IMG/VR virus record: IMGVR_UViG_3300023174_005338 | Location: 273,120 to 337,119 of that record | Length of the DNA: 64,000 bases | Strand: one strand, 5' to 3' | Shown: positions 8,880-17,395 of the stretch, in pieces | Layout: each line of letters starts with the position of its first letter | Numbering within the stretch: position 1 is the first letter of the stretch | Notes under the pieces: model-generated | What the model was told of the DNA's origin: nothing | Seen by the model: the letters and a program-made list of their open reading frames with translations, nothing else | The model's database searches: none | Program-made: the position numbers and the translations under genes

Positions 8880-9216
8880 AGGCAACAACATGACTCTGCG
8901 GTAGGACTACCTACCCCCATTGAGGAACGGTGAGATACCCGGTCCAGATTCTTGGGTGTCAAAGGCAATTGCTAACTTAAGGCAACAAATGGTTTGAGCT
9001 CTGTGAAAAAGACACAACTCATGCTCATAGGACTTGGTTCTTCTCGGGTCACTAGGGTTCCGTTGATATGTGAAGCTTGAGTAGGGGGTACCGGTCAACC
9101 GCCTCCGCGTCGCGAGACAATCTCATTAGAAACGAAGTGACTGCTCCGACTCGGATAATGCGGCCTTTTTCACCCGGCAACGGGTGAATTGTGACCACAT
9201 GATCTGGATAATACGG
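8880..9216 (+). ncRNA. Candidate large structured non-coding RNA (class not identified)
   Basis: ORF-free, GC-richer gap. GNRA-capped hairpins at 9169-9188 (GCAA) and 9109-9118 (GCGA), hairpin at 8900-8915, long-range pairing 8942-8950/9201-9209 and a duplicated GTGAC..GGATAATRCGG unit. Confidence 0.55.
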
Positions 9217-9227
9217 AAAAAGAAATC

Positions 9228-9268
9228 ATTGATGAGCGACAGCGAATCAATAGATCTCTAAGAGATCT
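9228..9268. terminator. Hairpins between convergent transcription units
   Basis: ATTGAT...ATCAAT stem and AGATCTC-TAA-GAGATCT inverted repeat at the 3' end of the minus-strand operon. Confidence 0.4.
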
Positions 9269-9603
9269 CAGAACTGATCAGGAAAGTCTCGGAAAAGTGC
9301 GTGCTGAATGTTGCCACTCACAAACTGATTAAAACTTTTGTGTTTGGTTTCTAGTTCACCTTCAAGTGGTGCGACTCTTCGGAATGCCGCGTCCATTTGA
9401 CCCATGTCCTTGAATTCCATTAGTATCATGAATTCAGGCATGTCTGCAATACTACGAAAACCCATCTTGCATCTAGTGATTCTATATGATTCCATTTTTC
9501 CTTCTGAGATCAAATGATCAAAGAAACTTTTCATTCCGTTGACCCAGTCCAGGTCTGAGATATTGCCTTCTTTGTCTGCCCAAATTGTATATAAGTCTGC
9601 CAT
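9268..9603 (-). CDS. DUF6614-like protein
   Basis: DLY.IW.D, HL..EG..ESYRITR.K.GF, PEF.I.MEF.D..Q.D.AF and terminal H pattern. Confidence 0.55.
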   Translation of the reverse strand: MADLYTIWADKEGNISDLDWVNGMKSFFDHLISEGKMESYRITRCKMGFRSIADMPEFMILMEFKDMGQMDAAFRRVAPLEGELETKHKSFNQFVSGNIQHALFRDFPDQF

Positions 9604-10037
9604 TATTGTATAGGTCCTAAAATTTCAAAGCCTTCGAGGCCTTGTTTGTACAAGTGTGCTTGATCCAAGTACAAGTAGCTAAAACCGCGATCTCTGTAGA
9701 TAGCACATTCGGTCTTCAAACTCTCAACCCCGAGTCTAGTTTTTGGATTGTGATATGTCCACGCAAACTGACTGGCCAATACATTTTTATCATTCAGCCG
9801 CTTCATCAAACTAAAAGCCACCAGCTCATTGTGCTCTTTGTAGCCGATTACATCGGTCATGGCATCGGTGAACTGGCTGTCAAACAAGGGCATGACGCTG
9901 GCAAAGTGTTTGTAGATGCAGTAGGTCCTGTAGATGTCTTTGAGCTGTGCGATGTTGGGCTCACGTAGATATTCCCAGGCCACTGTGGCCTTGTAGGTGG
10001 TTTTTCTCAAATCAATTCTAGCAAACTGATAGGTCAT
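9603..10037 (-). CDS. GNAT-fold protein resembling the C-terminal domain of aminoacyl-tRNA-protein transferases (ATE_C/Bpt)
   Basis: Y...ELVAFS, LG..SL..E, G.SYLYL and YK....FE motifs in the order seen in ATE_C. Confidence 0.45.
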   Translation of the reverse strand: MTYQFARIDLRKTTYKATVAWEYLREPNIAQLKDIYRTYCIYKHFASVMPLFDSQFTDAMTDVIGYKEHNELVAFSLMKRLNDKNVLASQFAWTYHNPKTRLGVESLKTECAIYRDRGFSYLYLDQAHLYKQGLEGFEILGPIQ

Positions 10038-10537
10038 GTTCTGGGATCCTGTCTGTGCTGGAATAGTTCTTGCAGGTAATTTTCAGGCCAGGTCGCGTAA
10101 AATCCCTGACGTGCCATTGACCGTGCTTTTTGATCCAGGTCACTGAGACTCTGTACCAAGGCCAAGGCATAGGTACCTTGATTCATGCTCACGCCGTTGA
10201 CCATTTCTGGCAAGCCCGGATGATCCTCCAAGGCCAACAAGTCTTGGTTCAATAAAAATTCTTGGTTGGCCGAGTCAATGTGAACATGAAACTGCTCGGC
10301 AGTATAAGCTGTTGATTCATATACAAAAATTATGACACTTTTGGCAATGCCAGTCTGCGACACGACTTTCAAATCAAAATAAGGATTCATGCCCAGCCTG
10401 ACTTCAAAGTCACGATCCAGCCGTGCCCGGCGGGCATACGGACACGGAGCCCAGCCGCCCAGGGCCGGATGTGGAACCTCCACAAACGTGGCCATCCAGC
10501 GTTCAATGTCATAGGTAACAGTTTCTAAATTTAACAT
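10034..10537 (-). CDS. DUF1415/DUF6875-like protein
   Basis: W...FVE.PHP.LGG..PCPYA N-terminal motif and internal DHP motif. Confidence 0.5.
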   Translation of the reverse strand: MLNLETVTYDIERWMATFVEVPHPALGGWAPCPYARRARLDRDFEVRLGMNPYFDLKVVSQTGIAKSVIIFVYESTAYTAEQFHVHIDSANQEFLLNQDLLALEDHPGLPEMVNGVSMNQGTYALALVQSLSDLDQKARSMARQGFYATWPENYLQELFQHRQDPRT

Positions 10538-10540
10538 TTT

Positions 10541-10771
10541 TTAAAAGAAAGGCAGGCCCGTCTTCTTTGTGGTTTCTAAGTTTTCTTTGATCAAGTTGCT
10601 GATAGTGTTGCGCTCTTGTACACTGAGATGTAGAGCTTGATCGTAGCTGATGCCGCCACGCATGTACCAGGCCACTTTGATCGCTTCTTGTCTTATGTCC
10701 TGTGTTTCTTTGTCCATCTGATCCACGACTTTGGAAATCTGGTCAGAGTCCAAGACTAAGAGGCGGGCACG
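10541..10771 (-). CDS. Small baseplate/tail assembly ORF (gp51-like position), probably the -1 frameshift extension of the upstream gene
   Basis: WYMRGGISYDQA..LS..ER motif. Overlaps the 3' end of 10756..11589 in the -1 frame at a T TTT TTC site. Confidence 0.55.
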   Translation of the reverse strand, partial: RARLLVLDSDQISKVVDQMDKETQDIRQEAIKVAWYMRGGISYDQALHLSVQERNTISNLIKENLETTKKTGLPFF

Positions 10772-11589
10772 AAAAAACTGGCCATGTCCAAGGTCAACAC
10801 CTGCTCGTACTGGTGTTTGCAGGCCGTGCATTCCAGGTTGAGTGGTTGAAGTTCGCTTTGTTCACGCAGTCGCAACACATGATCACGTATCTGATTGAAC
10901 AGATCTCGATCGCAGTTTTTCAGGAATTCTTCAATGAAAGCTGGTTCTCGGACCAGGGCCTGTGGAGTTTTAATTGTGACAATGCTGATGGCCAGGCTTC
11001 GCACAGTGATTTCAGTCAGCTGTCTGAATGCTTGGTTAAGGGCAGCCATCTTGTCGGCTTCAGATATTGTGCTGTCAGGTATGACCTGCAACAGTTTTTG
11101 TTGTTCGTACTGCAATGCACTGTTGTCATTGAGATTTTTATAGCTCAACGGACGGAAATAGATCTCCAAATCGCCGTGTGCAATGTGTGCCGCGTAGTCA
11201 GGCGCTCGCAGGGCATCCAACATGGTTCTTAAATCTATGGTGCGTTCTGACGTGTCGTTACAGGCCGGGCACGTGGTTGCAAACTCCATGTCATGTCCGT
11301 AGCTGGCTATGCGTATGGCTATAAGGATGGTGTCTAGATCAATACCGGGCACTGCCCAGGCATCTCGGATGTTTGGCACACAGCTCTGTATCACGTTGAC
11401 AGTGGCCTGTCCGTTGAACAAGGCATCTGGTGTGCGATAGGTAATTTCGTCTATGGCAGTCATGGGATACACTGGCAATTCACCATTGGCTGGCATGTTT
11501 AACGTGCCAGCAGGATAGTTCTGCCCGCCACTGGGCAACTTTATGTAGATGCTGGGTTGTCGGAAATACTGACTTAAAGGATTGCTCAT
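10756..11589 (-). CDS. Baseplate hub/tail assembly chaperone-like protein (T4 gp26-like)
   Basis: YIKLPSGG..Y, PMTA.DE, D.D.ILIAIRIASYG, CPAC and CTAC pairs, ending ..SFF. Divergent from the tape measure gene. Confidence 0.65.
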   Translation of the reverse strand: MSNPLSQYFRQPSIYIKLPSGGQNYPAGTLNMPANGELPVYPMTAIDEITYRTPDALFNGQATVNVIQSCVPNIRDAWAVPGIDLDTILIAIRIASYGHDMEFATTCPACNDTSERTIDLRTMLDALRAPDYAAHIAHGDLEIYFRPLSYKNLNDNSALQYEQQKLLQVIPDSTISEADKMAALNQAFRQLTEITVRSLAISIVTIKTPQALVREPAFIEEFLKNCDRDLFNQIRDHVLRLREQSELQPLNLECTACKHQYEQVLTLDMASFFVPAS

Positions 11590-11623
11590 TTTACCACCAT
11601 AAATATTGTGCTAATACTTATAC
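11590..11623. promoter_or_regulatory. Overlapping divergent late promoters
   Basis: ATAAATA on + (11599-11605) and TATAAGTA on - (complement of TACTTATA, 11615-11622) within a 34-bp gap. Confidence 0.5.
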
Positions 11624-13702
11624 GTGGAAAACATGGACCCAAATGAATTACAAGCCGTATCCGAAGCCCTAGAACAACTGCGCCAAGGCGGTACTATTTC
11701 GGCCGAAACCTTGGCCAAACTGGGCGGAACCACGCAGAGTGTCAACAAGGCCCTAGAAGGTTACACCAAACGACTGCTGGGCGCGACCTCGGCCATAGGT
11801 GGCATGGCCAAGCAAGTGGCCGACGGCGAAGGCAGTTTCAAATCTCTAGGTGGTGCTATTTCGGGATTGACCGGCGTGGTTGGAAAACTGGCCAGTGCCA
11901 TACCCTTGGTTGGTGGTGCAGCCAAGGCTCTGGCCGAAGGTGTAGGCGAAGCGGCCAAGTTTGTGCTGGATCAGTTGGATGTCATGGCCAAGAACTACCA
12001 AACTCTGGGCGACGCCAGCGCCACTGCTGCTGACGGGGTAGACGGATTATTACGCCAGTTCAATCAGATGGGCAACTACAGCCTACCGGCTTTTGCCAAA
12101 GCAGTAAAGGCCAACACTCAAGGACTGGCAGCACTTAGTGGAACAGCTGCCCTGGGTGCCGAAGAGCTCAGCAAAGTGTCCGGAGTATTGACCACCGGCG
12201 ACACTGCCAGAAAGTTTTTAAAACTGGGCATAGGATTAGATGCTGTGGGAGATGCCACAGCACAGTACCTAGCTGACAGTGCCAGATATGGCATTACTCA
12301 AGGCGCTACTACGGAACAATTGACCAAAAAAACACAAGACTACATTGTAGAAGTCGACAAGATAGCCCGACTCACAGGACAGACACGAGAACAACAACAA
12401 CGAGAAGCACAGAAAAGTCTAGTGGATGCTAGATTCCGCGCCAAGCTGGCAGAAATGACAGCCAATGGACAAAAGGATCAAGCAGACCAGTTGAGATTGT
12501 ACGTAGACGGGCTGGGCGGAGCTGCTGGAGATGCTGCCCGTGCCTTGGTCACAGGAATTCCGTTGACCAAAGAGGCTGCAGAAGCCAACTTGTTTACCGG
12601 TGATGCCCTTAGACAAAATACACAAGATATCATAGCAGGAAACAAAAGATCTGTGCAGGCCATAGCCGACACTGAAGAAGCCATGTCAAGAGGAGCAGAC
12701 ACATTTGGCACTCTAGCTCAATACGGCAAAGATTTAGGCGGCCTCACTGTGCAGAGCTTGGATGCCAAGGCCAGAATACAAAACAAAACATCCTTGCAAC
12801 GTCAGCAAGAAATTTCAGACGCCCAAGAAAAAACAGCCAATGCAGCAGGCAAGGCCACAGAAGAGTTTACAGACGCACAGTTGGCCACAGCCGGCGCCAG
12901 CAAAAATCTACAAAGCCTGGGCTTTAGTCTAGCTACCTATGCCGTGCCCGCAGTCAACAAGTTTGCCTCGGCATTGGAATCAGTTACCGGCAGCATGAAC
13001 AAGTATCTTGGAGTAGGCGGCACCAAATCAACTCCTGCTGGTGTGGATCGTGGTGCTGCCGGCGGACCCAGAGCTGCCATGGGCGGTGTGGTTCCGGGTA
13101 GATCGGTAACCATTGGTGATCAAACTAGAACTGGAGGCGACCGCAACTGGCGCAATAACAATCCAGGCAATATTGAATATGGACCATTTGCCATCAAATA
13201 TGGTGCCATTGGCAGCGACGGCAGATTTGCCATATTCCCCACAGAAGAACAAGGTCGCATGGCACAAGATGCCTTGCTCAAAAGCAAAAACTATGCCAAC
13301 TTGAGCCTGGCAGATGCTGTCAAACGTTATGCTCCATCCAACGAAAACGACCCCAAATCATATGCTCGCCAGATAATGGCTCAGACTGGCATTGACCAAA
13401 ACATGCGATATGCTGATCTCACTCCAGAACAACAAAGTCGAGTATTGGATGCCATGAAACGCATCGAAGGCGGACGAGCCGGTACAATCAGTGGACCTTC
13501 GGGCAATTATTCCAGTACCATGTCTGGGGTCAATCCACCATCGGCCGGTGTCACCACACAAGCACAAGCTGATGCCAATTCTGAAGAAGTTAGGTCCGTT
13601 AATCCGCTGAACAAAATGGTCACTCTGTTGACCGAATTGGTAAGAACCGAGCAACAGGCCACGGCCTATCAACGACAAATATTACAGAATAGCAAGGCAT
13701 AG
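11624..13702 (+). CDS. Tape measure-like protein with C-terminal peptidoglycan hydrolase-like domain
   Basis: Ala/Gly/Gln-rich helical N-terminal region; RNNNPGNI...DGRFAIFPT.E.G...YAP..END...Y lysozyme-like virion domain. Confidence 0.7.
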   Translation: MENMDPNELQAVSEALEQLRQGGTISAETLAKLGGTTQSVNKALEGYTKRLLGATSAIGGMAKQVADGEGSFKSLGGAISGLTGVVGKLASAIPLVGGAAKALAEGVGEAAKFVLDQLDVMAKNYQTLGDASATAADGVDGLLRQFNQMGNYSLPAFAKAVKANTQGLAALSGTAALGAEELSKVSGVLTTGDTARKFLKLGIGLDAVGDATAQYLADSARYGITQGATTEQLTKKTQDYIVEVDKIARLTGQTREQQQREAQKSLVDARFRAKLAEMTANGQKDQADQLRLYVDGLGGAAGDAARALVTGIPLTKEAAEANLFTGDALRQNTQDIIAGNKRSVQAIADTEEAMSRGADTFGTLAQYGKDLGGLTVQSLDAKARIQNKTSLQRQQEISDAQEKTANAAGKATEEFTDAQLATAGASKNLQSLGFSLATYAVPAVNKFASALESVTGSMNKYLGVGGTKSTPAGVDRGAAGGPRAAMGGVVPGRSVTIGDQTRTGGDRNWRNNNPGNIEYGPFAIKYGAIGSDGRFAIFPTEEQGRMAQDALLKSKNYANLSLADAVKRYAPSNENDPKSYARQIMAQTGIDQNMRYADLTPEQQSRVLDAMKRIEGGRAGTISGPSGNYSSTMSGVNPPSAGVTTQAQADANSEEVRSVNPLNKMVTLLTELVRTEQQATAYQRQILQNSKA

Positions 13703-13719
13703 CCGCTAAATATACTACC

Positions 13720-15543
13720 ATGGCAGACAACGACAACAACCGCAAGCGCGGCTGGAAAAAGTACTTTAGAGTAGCCAACACCGGCGGACAGCTCAGTCCA
13801 ATTTCAGGACAAAATCAATTTGGCCTGCCCAACTATCCCAGACAAACCGGTGTAGGATACTCAGACGGCACTGGAACACCCAATGACTTTGCGTTTCGCA
13901 ACTATGCGTCACGCCTGCCCGAAGTATATTCGGGTCATCCCAACCGTATTGAACGCTACAATCAGTATGAAAACATGGACTGCGATTCGGAAGTCAATGC
14001 CTGTTTAGATATCATAGCTGAATTCTCGACGCAGATAAATCCTGACAACAAAACGCCGTTTGACATTGTGTTCAACGACAAGCCCACTGATCACGAAGTG
14101 GAAATCATCAAAAAACAACTGCAACAGTGGACCAAGTTAAATCAGCTGGATCAGCGCATATTCAAACTGTTCCGCAACACCATCAAGTATGGCGATCAGG
14201 TGTTTGTGCGCGACCCAGAAACCTTTGAAATGATGTGGGTGGACATGGTCAAAGTGGCACGTGTGATCGTCAACGAAAGCGAAGGCAAGCGCCCTGAACA
14301 GTACATCATACGCGACATAAATCCCAATTTCCAAAACATGAGCGTGGCACAAAAGACCACAAGTGACTACTATGTGAGTCGTGCCACAGGTGTAGCAGGT
14401 CAAAACAACTATACCGCACCCAATGGTGGTGGCTATGGTGGCGCAGGTGGCGGCACTGGCAACAGCAGATTCACACAGGCCATGAATGAAACCTGTATTG
14501 ATGCACGGCACGTGGTGCATTTGAGCTTGAACGAAGGCTTGGATTTCTTTTGGCCGTTTGGACAAAGTATCCTGGAAAACATATTCAAAGTGTTCAAACA
14601 AAAAGAACTGCTGGAAGATTCAGTGCTGATCTATCGTGTGCAACGTGCTCCAGAGCGCAGAATCTTCAAAATTGACGTGGGCAACATGCCCAGCCACATG
14701 GCCATGCAGTTTGTGGAACGGGTCAAAAACGAAATGCATCAGCGTCGTATTCCTACCAACACCGGCGGTGGTGCCAACATGATGGATGCCAGTTATAATC
14801 CGTTGAGCATCAACGAAGACTACTTTTTTCCTGTAGGCGAAGGTGGTCGCGGATCTGACGTGACCACTCTGCCGGGTGGCTCAAACCTGGGCGAAATTGA
14901 CGATTTGAAATACTTCAACAACAAGATGGCCCGCGGTCTGCGTGTGCCTTCAAGCTATCTGCCCACTGGCCCCGACGACTCTGATCGTGCCATGAACGAT
15001 GGACGTGTGGGCACAGCACTCATACAAGAATACCGATTTAACCAATACTGTATGCGTCTGCAACGTGCCATAATGCAGAAGTTGGACGACGAGTTCAAGA
15101 TGTTCCTACGCTGGAGAGGATTCAACATCGATGCAGGTCTGTTTGCTATCACGTTCTGCGAGCCGCAGAATTTTGCATCGTATCGTCAAAGCGAGTTGGA
15201 CACCAGTCGCATAGCTTCGTTCTCACAACTGGAACCCATGCCCTACATGAGCAAACGCTTTATGATGAAACGCTATCTGGGCCTCAGCGACGAAGAGATC
15301 CTGGAAAACGAGCAAATGTGGCAAGAAGAACGCGACGAGCCCGAACTCAGCACCACACAAGGTCAAGATCTGCGAAGCATTGGTATCACTCCAGCCGGCC
15401 TTGAGCAAGACATTGCCACCGGACAAGAACTAGCCGGCGCTGAAACAGGCGTAGAAGCTGGCGCCCCACAGGGCGGTGTTGCACCAGTCACAGCGCCAGG
15501 CACAGCGGCTCCGGCCGGTGCTCCTCCAATACCCACAATCTAA
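13720..15543 (+). CDS. gp20: Portal vertex protein
   Basis: LEDSVLIYRVQRAPERRIFKIDVGNMP, EDYFFP, TLPGG.NLGEIDD.KYF and LRVPSSYL. Confidence 0.95.
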   Translation: MADNDNNRKRGWKKYFRVANTGGQLSPISGQNQFGLPNYPRQTGVGYSDGTGTPNDFAFRNYASRLPEVYSGHPNRIERYNQYENMDCDSEVNACLDIIAEFSTQINPDNKTPFDIVFNDKPTDHEVEIIKKQLQQWTKLNQLDQRIFKLFRNTIKYGDQVFVRDPETFEMMWVDMVKVARVIVNESEGKRPEQYIIRDINPNFQNMSVAQKTTSDYYVSRATGVAGQNNYTAPNGGGYGGAGGGTGNSRFTQAMNETCIDARHVVHLSLNEGLDFFWPFGQSILENIFKVFKQKELLEDSVLIYRVQRAPERRIFKIDVGNMPSHMAMQFVERVKNEMHQRRIPTNTGGGANMMDASYNPLSINEDYFFPVGEGGRGSDVTTLPGGSNLGEIDDLKYFNNKMARGLRVPSSYLPTGPDDSDRAMNDGRVGTALIQEYRFNQYCMRLQRAIMQKLDDEFKMFLRWRGFNIDAGLFAITFCEPQNFASYRQSELDTSRIASFSQLEPMPYMSKRFMMKRYLGLSDEEILENEQMWQEERDEPELSTTQGQDLRSIGITPAGLEQDIATGQELAGAETGVEAGAPQGGVAPVTAPGTAAPAGAPPIPTI

Positions 15544-15554
15544 TAAATACTGAC

Positions 15555-15776
15555 ATGATACTCAAAGAAATCTACGAACGTAGTCCCGAAGCTTATCAGG
15601 ATGTGAGCCAAGACAACAGCCAACCCAGACTGGGTGATCTGCGTAAAACACGCCTGACCCTGCGCCAGCTCAACAAACTGCGCCAGATGAACGACGTAAG
15701 AACCTACGAATACAAAGAAAAACTCAAGCAGGTCAAGAAGCAATACGCACCACCGGCTGCCCCGCCAGCACTGTAA
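15555..15776 (+). CDS. Small head-module protein
   Basis: Own TAAATA promoter; RKTRLTLRQLNKLR motif; lies between portal and core genes. Confidence 0.6.
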   Translation: MILKEIYERSPEAYQDVSQDNSQPRLGDLRKTRLTLRQLNKLRQMNDVRTYEYKEKLKQVKKQYAPPAAPPAL

Positions 15777-15875
15777 CAAAAAAGTCAAAAAACACCCAGT
15801 TTTCCACCTCAAAACTACTAATATTACTTGTTAATAGTAAATATCTAACGAGCCATAACCTACGAAGGAGATAAT

Positions 15876-16736
15876 ATGACATCGAAATTTGAACAGTTGA
15901 TCGAATACGTGATCAACGACGAAGAGGCGAAAGCCAAAGAACTTTTCCACGATATCGTGGTAGAAAAGTCACGTGAAATCTACGAAAACCTCATGAGCGA
16001 AGAAGAGCTTGATGAAGCCGAGTCCACAGACAAAGAAGACGAAAAAGCTGAAAAAGCCGGCGAAAAAGTCACCAAGGACATCGAATACGACGACAAAAAA
16101 GATCGTAAAGAGCGCATGGACGAGGAAGAAGACGAAGAGATGGATGAAGGCATGATGGGCGGCGACGCCAGTGATGACTTGATCGACGACGTTGAAGCCG
16201 AAGAAACCGGCATGGAAATGGCCGAAGGCGAAGGCGAAGAAGATTTGGAAGATCGCGTAGTTGACTTGGAAGACAAGCTCGACGAACTCATGGCCGAATT
16301 TGAATCACTTATGGGTGACAACGGCGACTCAGTAGGTGACGAAATGGGCGGTGACGACTTAGAAATGGACGACACAGAAACAGCCGATTTTGACATGGGC
16401 GACGGTGAAGAAGAAGAGTCTGATTCAGAAGAAATTGAAATGGGCATGATGGAAGCTATTAACCTAGCCAAAGCTCCTGCTCCTGTAACGTCTGAGCCAG
16501 CCGGTACTAACACCAAAAGCACAAACGCCAACAACAGTGGCGCCAAAGGTGCAATGGCACACCCTGTAAAAATGACAGGTGACACAGCAGAAGGTCGCCC
16601 AGCTCCTAAAGCTGGTGAGTTGATCGGTAAAGTGCAAAACAGCGTAGGCGGTGACAAGAAAATGACACCGGCTACCAAGCCACATCTTGCACAAGCCACT
16701 GGTGTAAACACAAAAACTCCATTTCCCAAGGCATAA
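15876..16736 (+). CDS. Acidic prohead core protein (gp67/gp68-like position)
   Basis: Very Asp/Glu-rich, strong AAGGAG SD, located between portal and prohead protease. Confidence 0.6.
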   Translation: MTSKFEQLIEYVINDEEAKAKELFHDIVVEKSREIYENLMSEEELDEAESTDKEDEKAEKAGEKVTKDIEYDDKKDRKERMDEEEDEEMDEGMMGGDASDDLIDDVEAEETGMEMAEGEGEEDLEDRVVDLEDKLDELMAEFESLMGDNGDSVGDEMGGDDLEMDDTETADFDMGDGEEEESDSEEIEMGMMEAINLAKAPAPVTSEPAGTNTKSTNANNSGAKGAMAHPVKMTGDTAEGRPAPKAGELIGKVQNSVGGDKKMTPATKPHLAQATGVNTKTPFPKA

Positions 16737-16745
16737 TAGTTAGAT

Positions 16746-17384
16746 ATGGCTCGCTATCTAAGAGAACATCTAAGCTTCACTCAGGCAAGAGCAGAAATCT
16801 TGCTTGAGGAAGCTGCGGATGGATCTGGCAAGAACCTGTACCTCAAAGGCATCTGCATTGAGGGCGGTGTTCGCAACGCCAACGAACGAGTATATCCTGT
16901 CAACGAAATAGCCAAGGCAGTAGACACCATCAACGAACAGATCAAGACTGGTCACAGTGTCCTGGGTGAAGTAGATCACCCCGAAGACTTGAAGATCAAT
17001 CTGGATCGTGTTAGTCACATGATCTGCAATATGTGGATGGATGGCCCTGCTGGATATGGAAAATTAAAGATATTGCCCACACCCATGGGCGAGCTGGTCA
17101 AAACCATGCTCACTAGCGGTGTGAAATTAGGTGTTAGCAGTCGTGGCAGCGGTAACGTCAACGACGCCAACGGACATGTCAGTGATTTTGAAATTGTCAC
17201 TGTAGATGTGGTCGCTCAGCCCAGCGCTCCCAATGCATATCCCACAGCAATCTACGAAGGCCTGTTAAATCATGCCGGCGGAGCCAGACTGTTGGAAATG
17301 TTCAAGGACCCAGCCAAGAGCGGCAAAGCACAGAGATACGTAAAAAGCGAAGTAATGCGCCTGATACGTGGTCTCAAAATCTAG
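16746..17384 (+). CDS. gp21: Prohead core protease
   Basis: NANERVYP, LGEVDHP, VSH, GVSSRGSG and DVVAQPSAPNAY. Confidence 0.93.
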   Translation: MARYLREHLSFTQARAEILLEEAADGSGKNLYLKGICIEGGVRNANERVYPVNEIAKAVDTINEQIKTGHSVLGEVDHPEDLKINLDRVSHMICNMWMDGPAGYGKLKILPTPMGELVKTMLTSGVKLGVSSRGSGNVNDANGHVSDFEIVTVDVVAQPSAPNAYPTAIYEGLLNHAGGARLLEMFKDPAKSGKAQRYVKSEVMRLIRGLKI

Positions 17385-17395
17385 GAGAAATAAGC

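Noticed and set aside
8880-9216. Firm call as RNase P RNA, tmRNA or group I/II intron
   Set aside because: Only partial RNase P-like echoes; P1/P2 and the bulged U were not found. No tmRNA acceptor/T arm, group I P7 or group II domain V. Kept as an unclassified RNA.
10772-10831. ATG 10831 as the start of the small minus-strand ORF
   Set aside because: It lies deep inside the upstream gene with no SD; frameshift entry or a later start is more plausible.
15980-16729. 249-aa Ser-rich minus-strand ORF
   Set aside because: Mirror of the Glu/Asp codons of the acidic core gene.
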